64,000 nt of DNA from a virus (IMGVR_UViG_2974601178_000001:56296-120295); one strand, 5' to 3'. Counted from the stretch's first letter, positions 36,047-47,300 are shown. Made by a program: numbers and translations. The notes: a model not told the origin generated them from the letters alone.

Positions 36047-38554
36047 TTAACCCAGAAACGATACTGTAAACACCCTATCAGAACCTAAAAGATTTGTGAT
36101 GTTTAATTGTCCTTGCGCGTCAATCCACATGTTTATTTTACCGCTAACAGCGGGGTCACTACCTGTACCTAATTCATACGTGGAACTGAATGGGTTGGAC
36201 AATGGTGTTATACTGCCGCCAGCACCATTAGATGAGAATATGCCTGATGAGTTGCCGAAGGTGTTTGCAACTACAAATACATGAGAGCCAGCTATATAGC
36301 CCTTAGTTTCGAACGTTAATGTAGCACCATCAGCTATGCTCCCAGACTGCACCGTGAGCGCCCCTCCAGTTTTTCCTCCAGTTAGAGAATCCCCGTTCAG
36401 CGTCGGGTAAGCAACGTCTGAATTTTCCAAGAGGGTGGGCCTGCCCGAAATACCTTTGAAATTCCTGCCGCTGACAGACCCCCCAAAATTCCTTAATCCG
36501 CCCCCAAAGTTAGCGAAGAAAGGTACAGGCGCACCCCTCTGACTAACGTTGTTAACATCAAATGCAATATTATTACATGCATTACTAGCCCCAATCCAGC
36601 TTAGTTTAATTTCAGGTACATTTATGTTCTCAAGAATTACAGGCACCTCAGCGTCTGCGTAGTCTGTAAGTAACAAATGGTCAGTTGCACCCTTGGATAG
36701 AGTGATATTACTGATATTTATGCCACTCATATCAGTGTTTTGCACTGCCACCCCCACTGACAAGTCTATCAAATGCGTAAAGGCAGTAACAACCGAGTCG
36801 GGTAGATTATTATTTATTGTTATGTTGTCTATGTTAATCATTGTTTTATTAACATTGTACTCTGTACCATTGTAAAAACTAATTGGCACTAGCTTTTCTA
36901 GTAGTATATGCTGGCCGTTATCAGACCCTATGTTCCAAGTAATATCTTCAAATGTTCCGACACCCCATTGAGAATTCATATGGGTTGACTGCCCACCACC
37001 AGTAGTGAGACGGCCGCCGAACATGTTTATAGTCTCGTGGTGGCAGCATGGTATACACTGAAACTTAGCTGCTCTAACTATCGGATTATTGTAGGTATTA
37101 CCGTAGCTCTCAACGCTAGCGTCTGGATATACGTTAAATGTAGCATCGTCATTTTGAAAATGAAGTGGCTCTGGTAGTAGTATAGCTATCATGTCTACAT
37201 CTATGTCTTTTATACCAACCTCATTACTGTACATGCCTAGATAATAATTGTTTCTGTGTATAATATTTTTAGGGTAAAAGGTGTTGGCTGAGTGCACAAC
37301 TAAGAGACCGTTTGAGCCAGTTGAGCTAGGTACACCAGTGTTTGCCTCTCTACCTATTCTATCTATAACATTGCGCTCAAGCAACGCTAAGTTGAATGAC
37401 CCCTGTATTCTCGCACCCTCATTGCTGCCGTCCGTTCCGCCAGACTTATTTAGATTAATATACGCACCGCCAGACAGAATCGCGTCAGGCAGTTCACTGT
37501 CCATAGGAGTGTTGTTAAAAACCTTTAACCCGCTCGATATGGTGTCAGCCCCGTCGAACTTTATGGATGATTTAAAGCTGTTGCCATCACAATAAACGTC
37601 TAACATATGCGACCGAGACACACCGCCAGTCCAAACAAGCCCGCCGATACCTGTGAGTATTTTAGGTACGGTTAACGTCCCAGAGGTAGCTGTGGATAAA
37701 TCGTAGTACCTATCGAAATTAACACTCACAATCGGGCTTTCTATCAGCTCCGCTAGCACTACGCTATTATCCTGCCCCACCCTAAAACCTACCGCCTCCG
37801 CAGGCACTTCGCCATTTATAGCCAATTCAAGGGACAGCAAGGGGTCACTTATAGATTGTAAAATATACGAATTGTTTGGTGTTACAGAATTAGTCGGCAC
37901 AACTCTCCATGTAGTGTTTCCTCTGTCTTCAATACATATCGACATTCCGTTCACGATGTCATCTCTGCTTAACGCATGTTCTGTGGTTGGAGATGTCTTT
38001 TTTGTGTATATTGCATAGGCAGACCAGCTCGCAAGCACACTAAATCCCGCACTAACCCCACCAACCTCAATATAATAATCACCATCAGCCACATAAAAGC
38101 CAAGCTCACCTCTAGCGTTACTTTTATTGTCAATGCCATCTTGCGCAATCTCAGAAGCGCCGTCCTTGTCGCTGTAAATAGTAGCTAAAGAGTTATCAGA
38201 AGTTTTACGCACTTCGTACACTTCATTTGCATCAACTGTGCGGGTTTGTATTTCTGTTAACCCACCATAGGTAGGTGATTGAAATATCTTCAACGCAAGT
38301 GGCTCTCGGATAAGTTTATTCACCGCATCCAAATAATCACTTTGTCCAACTTGATCAGGTGTTCCAGAAGGGGTAATATCCGCAGCATCTAATAACGCTT
38401 GCAAAAAACCCCATTGATCATTAACCCAACTTGCACGAAGTGGTGTCCCTGTACCTTTCTCCCCGTTTACAATATCCTGTGCCTTTCCTAAAGGATAACC
38501 ACTATCACCAGTGACCACCCTTCCTGAATATAAATTACTTGCTACAATAGCCAT
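36047..38554 (-). CDS. Tail fibre/tailspike protein 1 (beta-helix-like)
   Basis: Follows baseplate genes; YPLGKA..GTP...NDQWGF anchor; N/I/G-rich body. Confidence 0.82.
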   Translation of the reverse strand: MAIVASNLYSGRVVTGDSGYPLGKAQDIVNGEKGTGTPLRASWVNDQWGFLQALLDAADITPSGTPDQVGQSDYLDAVNKLIREPLALKIFQSPTYGGLTEIQTRTVDANEVYEVRKTSDNSLATIYSDKDGASEIAQDGIDNKSNARGELGFYVADGDYYIEVGGVSAGFSVLASWSAYAIYTKKTSPTTEHALSRDDIVNGMSICIEDRGNTTWRVVPTNSVTPNNSYILQSISDPLLSLELAINGEVPAEAVGFRVGQDNSVVLAELIESPIVSVNFDRYYDLSTATSGTLTVPKILTGIGGLVWTGGVSRSHMLDVYCDGNSFKSSIKFDGADTISSGLKVFNNTPMDSELPDAILSGGAYINLNKSGGTDGSNEGARIQGSFNLALLERNVIDRIGREANTGVPSSTGSNGLLVVHSANTFYPKNIIHRNNYYLGMYSNEVGIKDIDVDMIAILLPEPLHFQNDDATFNVYPDASVESYGNTYNNPIVRAAKFQCIPCCHHETINMFGGRLTTGGGQSTHMNSQWGVGTFEDITWNIGSDNGQHILLEKLVPISFYNGTEYNVNKTMINIDNITINNNLPDSVVTAFTHLIDLSVGVAVQNTDMSGINISNITLSKGATDHLLLTDYADAEVPVILENINVPEIKLSWIGASNACNNIAFDVNNVSQRGAPVPFFANFGGGLRNFGGSVSGRNFKGISGRPTLLENSDVAYPTLNGDSLTGGKTGGALTVQSGSIADGATLTFETKGYIAGSHVFVVANTFGNSSGIFSSNGAGGSITPLSNPFSSTYELGTGSDPAVSGKINMWIDAQGQLNITNLLGSDRVFTVSFLG

Positions 38555-38608
38555 GTTCTAGTGTTCCTTAATTTATTATAATTGTTATTCTTTTATTAAG
38601 ACGATCTC

Positions 38609-39523
38609 CTAGAAAGGAGATTGATCCCTGTCCGTTAATAGTTCTGCTCTTTTACCACGATTGCCTACACTACTTTTAACAAATAGTCCCGATGCCAAAG
38701 CTCCCTCATCGCCTGCAAGCATTTTAGCATCTCCTGCTAAAGAGTAACCTATATCGTAAATGTCAGATAACTCTGGGTAAATCCCTTGACCAAGTAAAAA
38801 TTCTGTACCTACTAACGCAAAGGCTTTCTCTCCTTCAAAAGACTTCAACTCCATTGTACCAAGCTCTGCTCCTATTTGACCAAGAGATAATCCTGTGAAA
38901 GCAGCAGGGATAGCACATTCTATAAATGACCCTCCACATTCAGCATCCACACTTCCTGTATCGATATCTTCTGTTGCAGCATTTGGTACATAAGTGTACT
39001 CATTATCATAAGCAGTGGATAATTCTACGGGACGAAATCCATAGTTATCAATCAACACCATTATACCACCAGTGCGAACACCAGCAGGAGTAACATTATC
39101 TAAAGTGGAAGGTATTGCGGAGGGTATTGTTGTTCCGTTGGTCTCCAACACTGTACACGCAGGGTAATGTTCAAAGTACCTCACTTTTGTAGCGTTGGTA
39201 GCTATTGATAAATAATTGATCACATCCTCAGGTGTACCACTTCCAATATTAACACTTATTTTAAAAAGTATATAATTTCGGTAATCGGAGTCTGTTCTGC
39301 CTTTACGCTCAGCGCCAATCAATTTACCTATGAGGTCTAGTTGGTAACCTGTAGCAGTTTTAAAGTCTGTATTTATTGCTGATAAAGCTAGTTGTTCAAC
39401 GTTTAAATCTTCTACGGACTCTAAATAAATTCTTAAAAATTCTCTTAATTTATCACTGTTTTCATACTGTATAGGTAAGAGGTCGGTGTACTCTTCATAA
39501 TTTCTTTCTTTGATTACACTCAT
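38609..39523 (-). CDS. Baseplate wedge protein (DUF2612-like)
   Basis: ATGYQLDLIGKLIG..R...D.DYR, PAGV. Confidence 0.8.
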   Translation of the reverse strand: MSVIKERNYEEYTDLLPIQYENSDKLREFLRIYLESVEDLNVEQLALSAINTDFKTATGYQLDLIGKLIGAERKGRTDSDYRNYILFKISVNIGSGTPEDVINYLSIATNATKVRYFEHYPACTVLETNGTTIPSAIPSTLDNVTPAGVRTGGIMVLIDNYGFRPVELSTAYDNEYTYVPNAATEDIDTGSVDAECGGSFIECAIPAAFTGLSLGQIGAELGTMELKSFEGEKAFALVGTEFLLGQGIYPELSDIYDIGYSLAGDAKMLAGDEGALASGLFVKSSVGNRGKRAELLTDRDQSPF

Positions 39524-39524
39524 A

Positions 39525-40967
39525 TTACCTCTCGAAAACTGAAATCCTATCTAGTGAAAAGGATGCTTCTTCTAAAATACTTATATCAATCGGGGGAGAA
39601 GCTACTAACAAAGGTGTTGAATCTGTAGGACTATCAGTTGCACCAATGAGGACATCCACTTCCTGTAATCCAGTTATGTTTTGGAAAATATTACTCATTA
39701 TTCGCTGTTGAATAACATCTTCACCAACATTCAAACCTTCACCAAAAGATAACACTGTGTTGGCTATAGAGGTTTCTCCATCTTCAGGGAATTCTTCTTC
39801 ATCATACTTGGTGTAGAATATATTAACATGGATATACTTATCTTTAACTCTTGAATATGATATTGAATGTTGGATACCTTGACTATCAGTGATAATACCT
39901 TTGGAATCCCCATCAGAACGTATACCCGCAGGTTTAGTTAACCAAATGGTGTCTACTATTGCTTGAGAACCTCCACCTTTTACAACACATTTGAATGAGT
40001 TCGGGGAAATGTCATTTTCAGCATCATATTCACTTGAGTCATTTTCTAAAACTATTGCGTTTATAACACCAGATAAACTTAGTAAAGCTGATCTGATTGC
40101 CTCCACAGTACCTTTACCAGAACGTTCAGTGGCTTTATATCTTAACCTTAGGGTTTCATCATCTTCCCTACCACTACCACCTTGGATAGGGCGAGGGTTA
40201 TTTATAGACTGGATAGCTGTATACGTAGGAGCATTGATTACAGTGTTTTCTGAATAGGATTGAGTAGAAAGTACATCTGATGTAATCTGACCATATCCAA
40301 TGATTGTACCTAACTCTAAATATTGTCCAGTAGATATTGAAAATTGTAATGTATCTTCTACAGAAGCAATGATAATACTTTCCGTAAAAGGGGTCACTAA
40401 TAAATCGGGACGATCTGTTTCAATAGCAGACTTTAAGCTTTCTAACTTCTCACTATTAGGGATATTCAATGTATCAGAAGATAGGTAATTTATTCCGTCA
40501 ATGGTAACTACAAATTGTGCAGAAGGTAGGATATTATCCGCTAAATTATAAACAACTGTTGTGGCAAGGTCTTCACTTATGTTAATATTAGATTCATTGG
40601 TGAAAGTATTTCCATCCGAATCTGACCAAACACTTCCTGCAAGGATATTAACTGGTGCAGAAGCTGTTACATAGATATCACCGAAAGGATATGTACCATT
40701 TGACCGTTGTACACCTCTTAGTGCGACAAGGTTATCTAACCATACACCAGTGGCTTTATCTATGTCAAACATATTCTGTAAGCTTTGAGTATTAGCCCAC
40801 GCTTGAGAAAGAGGTAGAATATAAATATTGGTGATAACTTCTGCTACACTATCTGGGAGAGATGTGATATCAATTCCTAACTCGGTTTTAAGGTTTGCAG
40901 CAACCTCTGTCTTTATATCGTCAAACTTTTTAGCTTTGAAACCAGCATCGGTTACTCCAAATGCCAT
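39525..40967 (-). CDS. Baseplate J-like wedge protein
   Basis: ATGVWLD, G...EDDETLR.R, GTVEAIR, KPAGI. Confidence 0.88.
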   Translation of the reverse strand: MAFGVTDAGFKAKKFDDIKTEVAANLKTELGIDITSLPDSVAEVITNIYILPLSQAWANTQSLQNMFDIDKATGVWLDNLVALRGVQRSNGTYPFGDIYVTASAPVNILAGSVWSDSDGNTFTNESNINISEDLATTVVYNLADNILPSAQFVVTIDGINYLSSDTLNIPNSEKLESLKSAIETDRPDLLVTPFTESIIIASVEDTLQFSISTGQYLELGTIIGYGQITSDVLSTQSYSENTVINAPTYTAIQSINNPRPIQGGSGREDDETLRLRYKATERSGKGTVEAIRSALLSLSGVINAIVLENDSSEYDAENDISPNSFKCVVKGGGSQAIVDTIWLTKPAGIRSDGDSKGIITDSQGIQHSISYSRVKDKYIHVNIFYTKYDEEEFPEDGETSIANTVLSFGEGLNVGEDVIQQRIMSNIFQNITGLQEVDVLIGATDSPTDSTPLLVASPPIDISILEEASFSLDRISVFER

Positions 40968-40981
40968 ATTGTATCCTCCTC

Positions 40982-41338
40982 TTAAACTTCTAATGTCACA
41001 TTAGATAAATCTGCACCAACAAGGGTCTTCGCTGAAAAGGTAACTTTTAAAGTTGTACCTTCTAGGACACTTGTGTAATTTGTTATACTTGTTATGTTGT
41101 CGGTATTCTTGATTGCAGTTTTAATGTAAGTATCTGCTAAATCTTTAGTATCATTTCGACCAAAGATCTCTTGGTAATAAGGTATCCCGTTGTTTAAATC
41201 TAAAAACCAGTTACCTTGATAATTCTGTAATCTTATTTTAACAGCTTGTACTGTACCATCTTCAATAGTTTCAAAGAGTTTAATATCTTTTCCTTCTACC
41301 AAAAGATCATGTGAACTGGTTAATGTTATATCTGCCAT
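40982..41338 (-). CDS. Baseplate wedge subunit (gp25-like)
   Basis: Q...IRL...GNWFLD...GIPY. Confidence 0.8.
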   Translation of the reverse strand: MADITLTSSHDLLVEGKDIKLFETIEDGTVQAVKIRLQNYQGNWFLDLNNGIPYYQEIFGRNDTKDLADTYIKTAIKNTDNITSITNYTSVLEGTTLKVTFSAKTLVGADLSNVTLEV

Positions 41339-41354
41339 TGTTCAACCTTAAACT

Positions 41355-41546
41355 TTACGTTATTTTATAAACCCCTGCACTACTTCCACCTGTGACAGTA
41401 ACTTCCGCATTGGCTGTAATTTCATCTATAATTGCACCAACGAGTGCCTCAATAGCTTCTGTGTTATCCGTTTCACCATTTGTGTAATCTATTTGTGCAA
41501 GTGCTGCTTTCGCTGCTGCAACTATGTTAGCTTTCACCATAGGCAT
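41355..41546 (-). CDS. Small baseplate/spike-associated protein
   Basis: Position after spike gene. Confidence 0.55.
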   Translation of the reverse strand: MPMVKANIVAAAKAALAQIDYTNGETDNTEAIEALVGAIIDEITANAEVTVTGGSSAGVYKIT

Positions 41547-41551
41547 AATTG

Positions 41552-42271
41552 TTATCCTTTTAATGTATCCAATCTTGACTTAAGTGCTGTGAATGCAGGA
41601 AGGTTGTTGATTGGGGTGTTCGAACCATAGATAGTGTTAGTGGTGATTTTAGATATTTCTTCTAAGCATTCACTGAACAAATTCACCAACTCTTCGCCAC
41701 TATTCTGAATTTTAATTGTTGCAGCAGTGGTGATTTCTATGTTACCATCAGGTAATAATTTAACACTACTACCGCTTTCCGATGTTATGTCTACACTTTT
41801 ATCAGGTCGTTGTATAATACTTGATAAAGGGTTTCCTTGTTGGTCACGGAATTGTAACTCTACGTTCTCTGTGGAAGCGTTGACGCTGTTGTTTTTACTT
41901 TTTAATCCTAGTATAGCCACTGCATCTGAATAGTCGTTAAACCTCACTGTAGAGCTTAATGAAGGAGCTTTAGAAGTATTCCACCAAGTATCAAAATTAC
42001 GAGAGGACATAACCAACAAAACTTCATCATCTACATTAACAGGAAAAGTTAGAACACCACCACCACTCCCTGTTTGGATAAGAGGGCATTGTATATAAGC
42101 GTGTTCTTGAGATTCACCAGAAGTGTATGCTTCAAACATAACAGGTTGACATAGTACTCTTTGGGTAGTAGCATCATAGCTAATAACTTTAGCTGGAAGG
42201 GAACTATACATCTGAGCTTCATAATTATCCAAGTGGGAAATTATAGCTTGATTAAAACTATCTGTATCCAT
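41552..42271 (-). CDS. Baseplate central spike (Gp138-like)
   Basis: PAKVISYD, GGGVLTFPV..DEVL, SDAVAI.G. Confidence 0.85.
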   Translation of the reverse strand: MDTDSFNQAIISHLDNYEAQMYSSLPAKVISYDATTQRVLCQPVMFEAYTSGESQEHAYIQCPLIQTGSGGGVLTFPVNVDDEVLLVMSSRNFDTWWNTSKAPSLSSTVRFNDYSDAVAILGLKSKNNSVNASTENVELQFRDQQGNPLSSIIQRPDKSVDITSESGSSVKLLPDGNIEITTAATIKIQNSGEELVNLFSECLEEISKITTNTIYGSNTPINNLPAFTALKSRLDTLKG

Positions 42272-42320
42272 ATATTATAACCTTATTCTTATTATTTATC
42301 AAGGGAAGATGAAACCCAAG

Positions 42321-43409
42321 TTATTGAACAAGGGTTTGACATGTTAACACGGTATCCCATGCACCTAATTCATTATCTAGGTTATGAGTGGCTTGGATTA
42401 TTTTGTAAACACCTTCATACTTACCCTCAGTGATTTCAATCCTTTTATCAATGGACATCCTTGCGTCTAGGAATGTTGATATTGTGACACCAGTGATCTT
42501 ATCCTTTTTGTTATCCTTTACACCTTCGATAGATTTGATTAAATTATTATCCAAGGTGAATTGTTCAACAGATTTGGTGTACCCTCTTGGGTGGATGAAT
42601 AACCTTCCGTTAGCAATGTACCAAATGTACCCGCATTGTGCAGTAACTTTATCCAATGCTTGATGGAGGAACCCTGTAACACTATAACCATTCACCAAAG
42701 GAATATCATCAGGAGAGAATAATTGTACGTAGTCAACTCTATCTTCCTCAGATGCTCTCCCTACATATTGACCAAGAGGAACCCCGTTGTCACCATATAT
42801 ACCTATTAGATATTCGATCACTGTGCCAAGGGTGTTTCCTAAGTAAGATACACTTCCTCCTGTTAACTCTGTTAAAGCTGGAAACTCTGAGGAAGAATCA
42901 CTCTCAGGGAAATATTTGCTCACTCTTACAGAATCGTTAACAGCTTGGGCAGCAGTACATTCCATTACAGTTATTCTATCTTCTCCTGATTGGAGGGTTT
43001 TTACTTCCCTTATTTGACCTGTAAATAGCAAAGGGAGTGTTTTTTCTTCACCACTGAAATCTGAATAATAACCTGCTTCAAGTATAACCTGAGCGTTTTT
43101 TTGTTCTATTGTGGTTAAGCTATCTTCCGATAAATTATACAATTGGATAGTAGTATTACTACCTTTAGATCCCCCTGCTTTAGCCGAGGAGGTTACATCA
43201 GCTATCATACGTAACTCACGGAACTCCCTTGCCCGTAGTTTTTTACCACTTTCAGTTCTGAAATCATTTGTCAGGGATGTATCTAAACTTCCGATTATAG
43301 TACCTTGTTTAAAAACGTTAGGTTCTATGTAATCGTCATCGGGAACGGACACTATTTCTGGGGGTAATCCTATAACTAACCTATACTGTCTATTCAGTAG
43401 CTTCGTCAT
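42321..43409 (-). CDS. Baseplate hub protein
   Basis: IQLYNLS, VILEAGY, LFTG; synteny. Confidence 0.8.
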   Translation of the reverse strand: MTKLLNRQYRLVIGLPPEIVSVPDDDYIEPNVFKQGTIIGSLDTSLTNDFRTESGKKLRAREFRELRMIADVTSSAKAGGSKGSNTTIQLYNLSEDSLTTIEQKNAQVILEAGYYSDFSGEEKTLPLLFTGQIREVKTLQSGEDRITVMECTAAQAVNDSVRVSKYFPESDSSSEFPALTELTGGSVSYLGNTLGTVIEYLIGIYGDNGVPLGQYVGRASEEDRVDYVQLFSPDDIPLVNGYSVTGFLHQALDKVTAQCGYIWYIANGRLFIHPRGYTKSVEQFTLDNNLIKSIEGVKDNKKDKITGVTISTFLDARMSIDKRIEITEGKYEGVYKIIQATHNLDNELGAWDTVLTCQTLVQ

Positions 43410-43743
43410 ATTGATCTACCTCCGAGGCCGTCCAGTATAACAATTGGTATTGTTTGTCTGTGCCGAAATTATTTCTTCCTATGGGATCGTTACTACTCTG
43501 GTTGTCATAACACATTAAAGCGCCTCCTCCAAATACGTCCACTACATCTAAGTACTTTCTGGTAAGGAATTGGCTTGGTAAAACCTTAATGCCATTTACA
43601 ATATCATTATCATCCTTGTCAGAAAGATCTATATACCAAGAACCATCGCTTGTGTTGAAAGTAGTTCTTATATAAAAGGTAGTCTTATTTGCTGTGAAGA
43701 TTTTTTCTTGATAGGTAGCTTCTGTGATTTTTATTTGAAACAT
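43390..43743 (-). CDS. Baseplate/virion structural protein
   Basis: Synteny; FN....WYIDL. Confidence 0.7.
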   Translation of the reverse strand: MFQIKITEATYQEKIFTANKTTFYIRTTFNTSDGSWYIDLSDKDDNDIVNGIKVLPSQFLTRKYLDVVDVFGGGALMCYDNQSSNDPIGRNNFGTDKQYQLLYWTASEVDQYDEATE

Positions 43744-44364
43744 TTAACCCTCACTTGGTGTAACTAGATCTACGGAACTGACAGCAGCATTACCAACTGC
43801 TATTTGACTTGTTATAACTGCATTTTTGTCTATCTCAGTCATACCTTTTGTGGTTTGGTTATTCCCCGTTGTTTTGTCAGCCACGTCATCCTTGGTTTCT
43901 TCTGAGGGAGATTGTACCAGTACCAAAGAAGCTTTTGAAACAAAAGTAATATCTTGGAAAGATAGAGAAACTCTCCACCCTCCCAAACCTTCTGCCTTAC
44001 TTTTACTTGCTGTGAAATTGGTAATAATACAATTCTCAATAACAATATTATCAGCTACCACTGTCAGAGGTCGAATAGGGGTTTCTTCTCTGAGATTATT
44101 AACTTGGCTAATCCAATCGGAAGTTTCTAAAAAGGTATTACCTTCCTTGTAAATACCTACATTAGTAATAACACCATCAAAAGAAATATCCCAGTTATCT
44201 AAGTGGTAATTATCTGTTAGACTTTTACCAGATTCTACCCTAGATCTGGTTGCTCTCGCTGAACGGGATATTCTTATATCTGTGGTAGCTGCCATGCGGT
44301 ACAAAGCAGATTCCTTGTCTTCTACCGCTGGAGCTATAAAGTAAAATACGCTCTGCTTTGCCAT
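43744..44364 (-). CDS. Tail tube initiator / Dit-like protein
   Basis: VESG...TDN, SFQDI; follows tape measure. Confidence 0.7.
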   Translation of the reverse strand: MAKQSVFYFIAPAVEDKESALYRMAATTDIRISRSARATRSRVESGKSLTDNYHLDNWDISFDGVITNVGIYKEGNTFLETSDWISQVNNLREETPIRPLTVVADNIVIENCIITNFTASKSKAEGLGGWRVSLSFQDITFVSKASLVLVQSPSEETKDDVADKTTGNNQTTKGMTEIDKNAVITSQIAVGNAAVSSVDLVTPSEG

Positions 44365-44365
44365 T

Positions 44366-47300
44366 TTATTTTCCTCTTGCTTGGGTTGCTACGGACTCTT
44401 TGCCAGCAAGTGCTCGCTTGAGTTCATCCATTTGACCGTTATTTATCACAATATTATTGGTAACTGTAGTACCAGTTGGAGAACCTGCTCTACCTACTAA
44501 AAGATCTCCTACCAGCCCTCCTCTACCTTCTGTGGTAGCTCCTACAAAAGCACCTCGTACCATCTTATTCTGCATACTACCTATAGCTTTAAGTTTATCC
44601 CACCAACCTAGTTTATCAAACTGTTCTTCGGTCATGTTTCTCATATCTAAGTTATTACCTTTAGGTTTAAGGTTATCCTTCCTGTAAAACTTATCACCTA
44701 TTCTAGTAAAATCACTTGTAGTACCATCGAGAATGTTTATTTGCTTGCCATAAGATGCTTCCAGTGCCCCTATCTTGGTATCATCCATCATAGAATATAA
44801 TTCATCCATTGCTGCAAGTGCTAAAGTTACAGGCAAAAACATTCTTGTCCATGCTGCAGCAGCAAGGTAGCTTTGTGTGGTTAGTGCCCCTACAAAACTT
44901 CTAACCATAAATATAGCCTTTACACCAACTAAAGTATAGAAGTTATCTATGGCAAGTTTCATAACAGGTTCTAATATTTTCAACCCTGTGGCAATAGCAT
45001 TAAACACATCACCAAATATTTTACCTAGTTTCTTAAGTTGTGATCCTGAGTTTTCAAAGATTTCAGATAATGTTCCGTAAAGGTTAGATAACCCCTCTTC
45101 AAAACCTGAGTTGAAAATAGTTTTGCCAGCGCGTTGCATTCCAGTCATAAATTGACCTTCTTTAACACGTAACCCTTGTAAGGCTAGTGCATATGCTCCG
45201 CCTTCAAGGGCAGCTTTACGGAATTCTTTAGCTACTTTAGGAAGTACTTCTGATGAGGCTAGTTGCCCTTGTTCCATAAGCTTAAATAGTTCTGCTTCAG
45301 TGACTCCTAAAGCCCTAGTGAATATTTGTACCGCCGTTGTATTCAAGTGTGATCGTTACTCACACCCCGCACCACTATGTGCAGCTTACACTTTCATGTA
45401 AGACTAGATCATATCATAACCTTCAACACTATTTGTTAAGGTCTCTACCGTTTCGAAGTCACTTGACCCCTACGCTTATGCTGATCGTTGAACGCTAATC
45501 CCAATTGTAATTTTTACTAACATGTTTAAATGTTTTTCTCTGTTTAATAAAGCGTAATACACCTTGTCCTAATGAGTATTTACTATCGATAACCTTGTCA
45601 CTTAAGCCTTCTTGCAAGTCCTTGCATATCAAGTGTACAGTATCCGAGTCCAAACTCTTATTAACAGGTTTTATGTTGTATAGATCACTTATCTCGCACC
45701 AAGTTGTTTTTGATCTAACATCATAAACCAAGGACTTTTTAATCCCAAGTTGTTTTGTTATCTTAACTTGTGATAGCCCTTTTTCAAGGAGAGAACAAAT
45801 ATTATGTATCAGTTCTTCTGGGTGCACGTTATTAGGGTTACCTTCCCCTTTACGTCCTACACAAATATCACCGTATAATAACCCATGTAAATTATTTTCA
45901 GCTACAGTACACCACTCTAGATTATCTAGGTCATTGTTTTGTCTGTTACAGTCTTTATGATTTACACAAGGCTTGTTTTCTGGGTTTGGGATGAAAGCTT
46001 TTGCTTTTGCTCTATGTACAGATACGCTCTTATTTTTACCTTCCTCTGGATTCCAGCTACTTACTCTGAGGTATCCATCCTTATCTGAGTAAGGTTTTAA
46101 TACATTACCTGAATAACACGATTTAATAACACCTTCCGTATTAATCATAATAAATTCATAATCTGGTACTACTTTAAACATTTAGAATCTCCTATTATTG
46201 GAGATTGGGATTCTTCGCTGCGGATTACCCAATCTTTACAAATTTTTACTATACCTAACACATTACTGTTAGCCCTATCGTATGTTACCATCAATAGTTA
46301 GTATTGTAAAGCTTAAGGGTGTTCCCGCAATTAGATAGATTTTCTGTAAGAGTTTCCTACTTACAGGGGCTACATTATTAACCCGGCAAACTGTCGCCTA
46401 GCTGATTTTTGAGTTCCTCCAGTAAAGCTAATAAAATCAATAACTTAGCTAAACACCTACACCTTCTCAGGGTAGCCTGATCATATCATAACCCTCGCCA
46501 CTCTACGTTAGGGTTCCTGCCGTTTCTTCCTATAAATAGGTTCTACTATACTCGCTTACCAAAACTAATCTTTGTTAGTTTATCTGCTTTCTATGATCGA
46601 TGAACGCTAATCTACTTACATTGCAGATCATTCGCTGCTGATTGTCAATATTTTCAGAATTTTAAGGGGTCGCTACTATGTCACCATGTAGTATCCTATC
46701 TGAAACCTAGCTTGAGTTCCCAGCAATTAAACAGGTTTTTCGATAATAATTTCTTATTAAAGGGCCAAAGAACTTTTAGCCATTACTTTCCCTTTTGACA
46801 TCCAATACCTTCGAACAAGTACGTTACCTCTTGCCCCGCAAATCCTTATTGCAGCTCTATATCGCTATAGAAGTTGAGACCATATCTTCACCCTCAGCCT
46901 TACCTGTTTGGGGTTGTGCGCTTCCACTCACTTGAGTGTACAGATTTCATAAACCTCTAAGGTTCGTTTATCTTGGTCGTTACACCTTGGAAAGAATTAC
47001 TTCTAACCCTTGGCTCGGTATAATCTACAGGAGACTTCCGCCGAATTCACACAATTTGTTCATGCTTATTACTAAGCAGCCAGACAATAATCGTCTATCT
47101 GGATCAAGGCTTTCTGACTTCGCTTCATGCTTTCATCATCTACCTTCAATGCTGTCCCGAACATACTCAATCCTGTGAATAAGTCCTCTTGTTCCGTTTG
47201 GGAAATTTTACCTTTTGATGCAAACTTAAACTTAACGAAAGCGTCTGTAGTATCTTTTAAACTAAGACCCATTTCATCAACTATTCCATTTATGAACATC

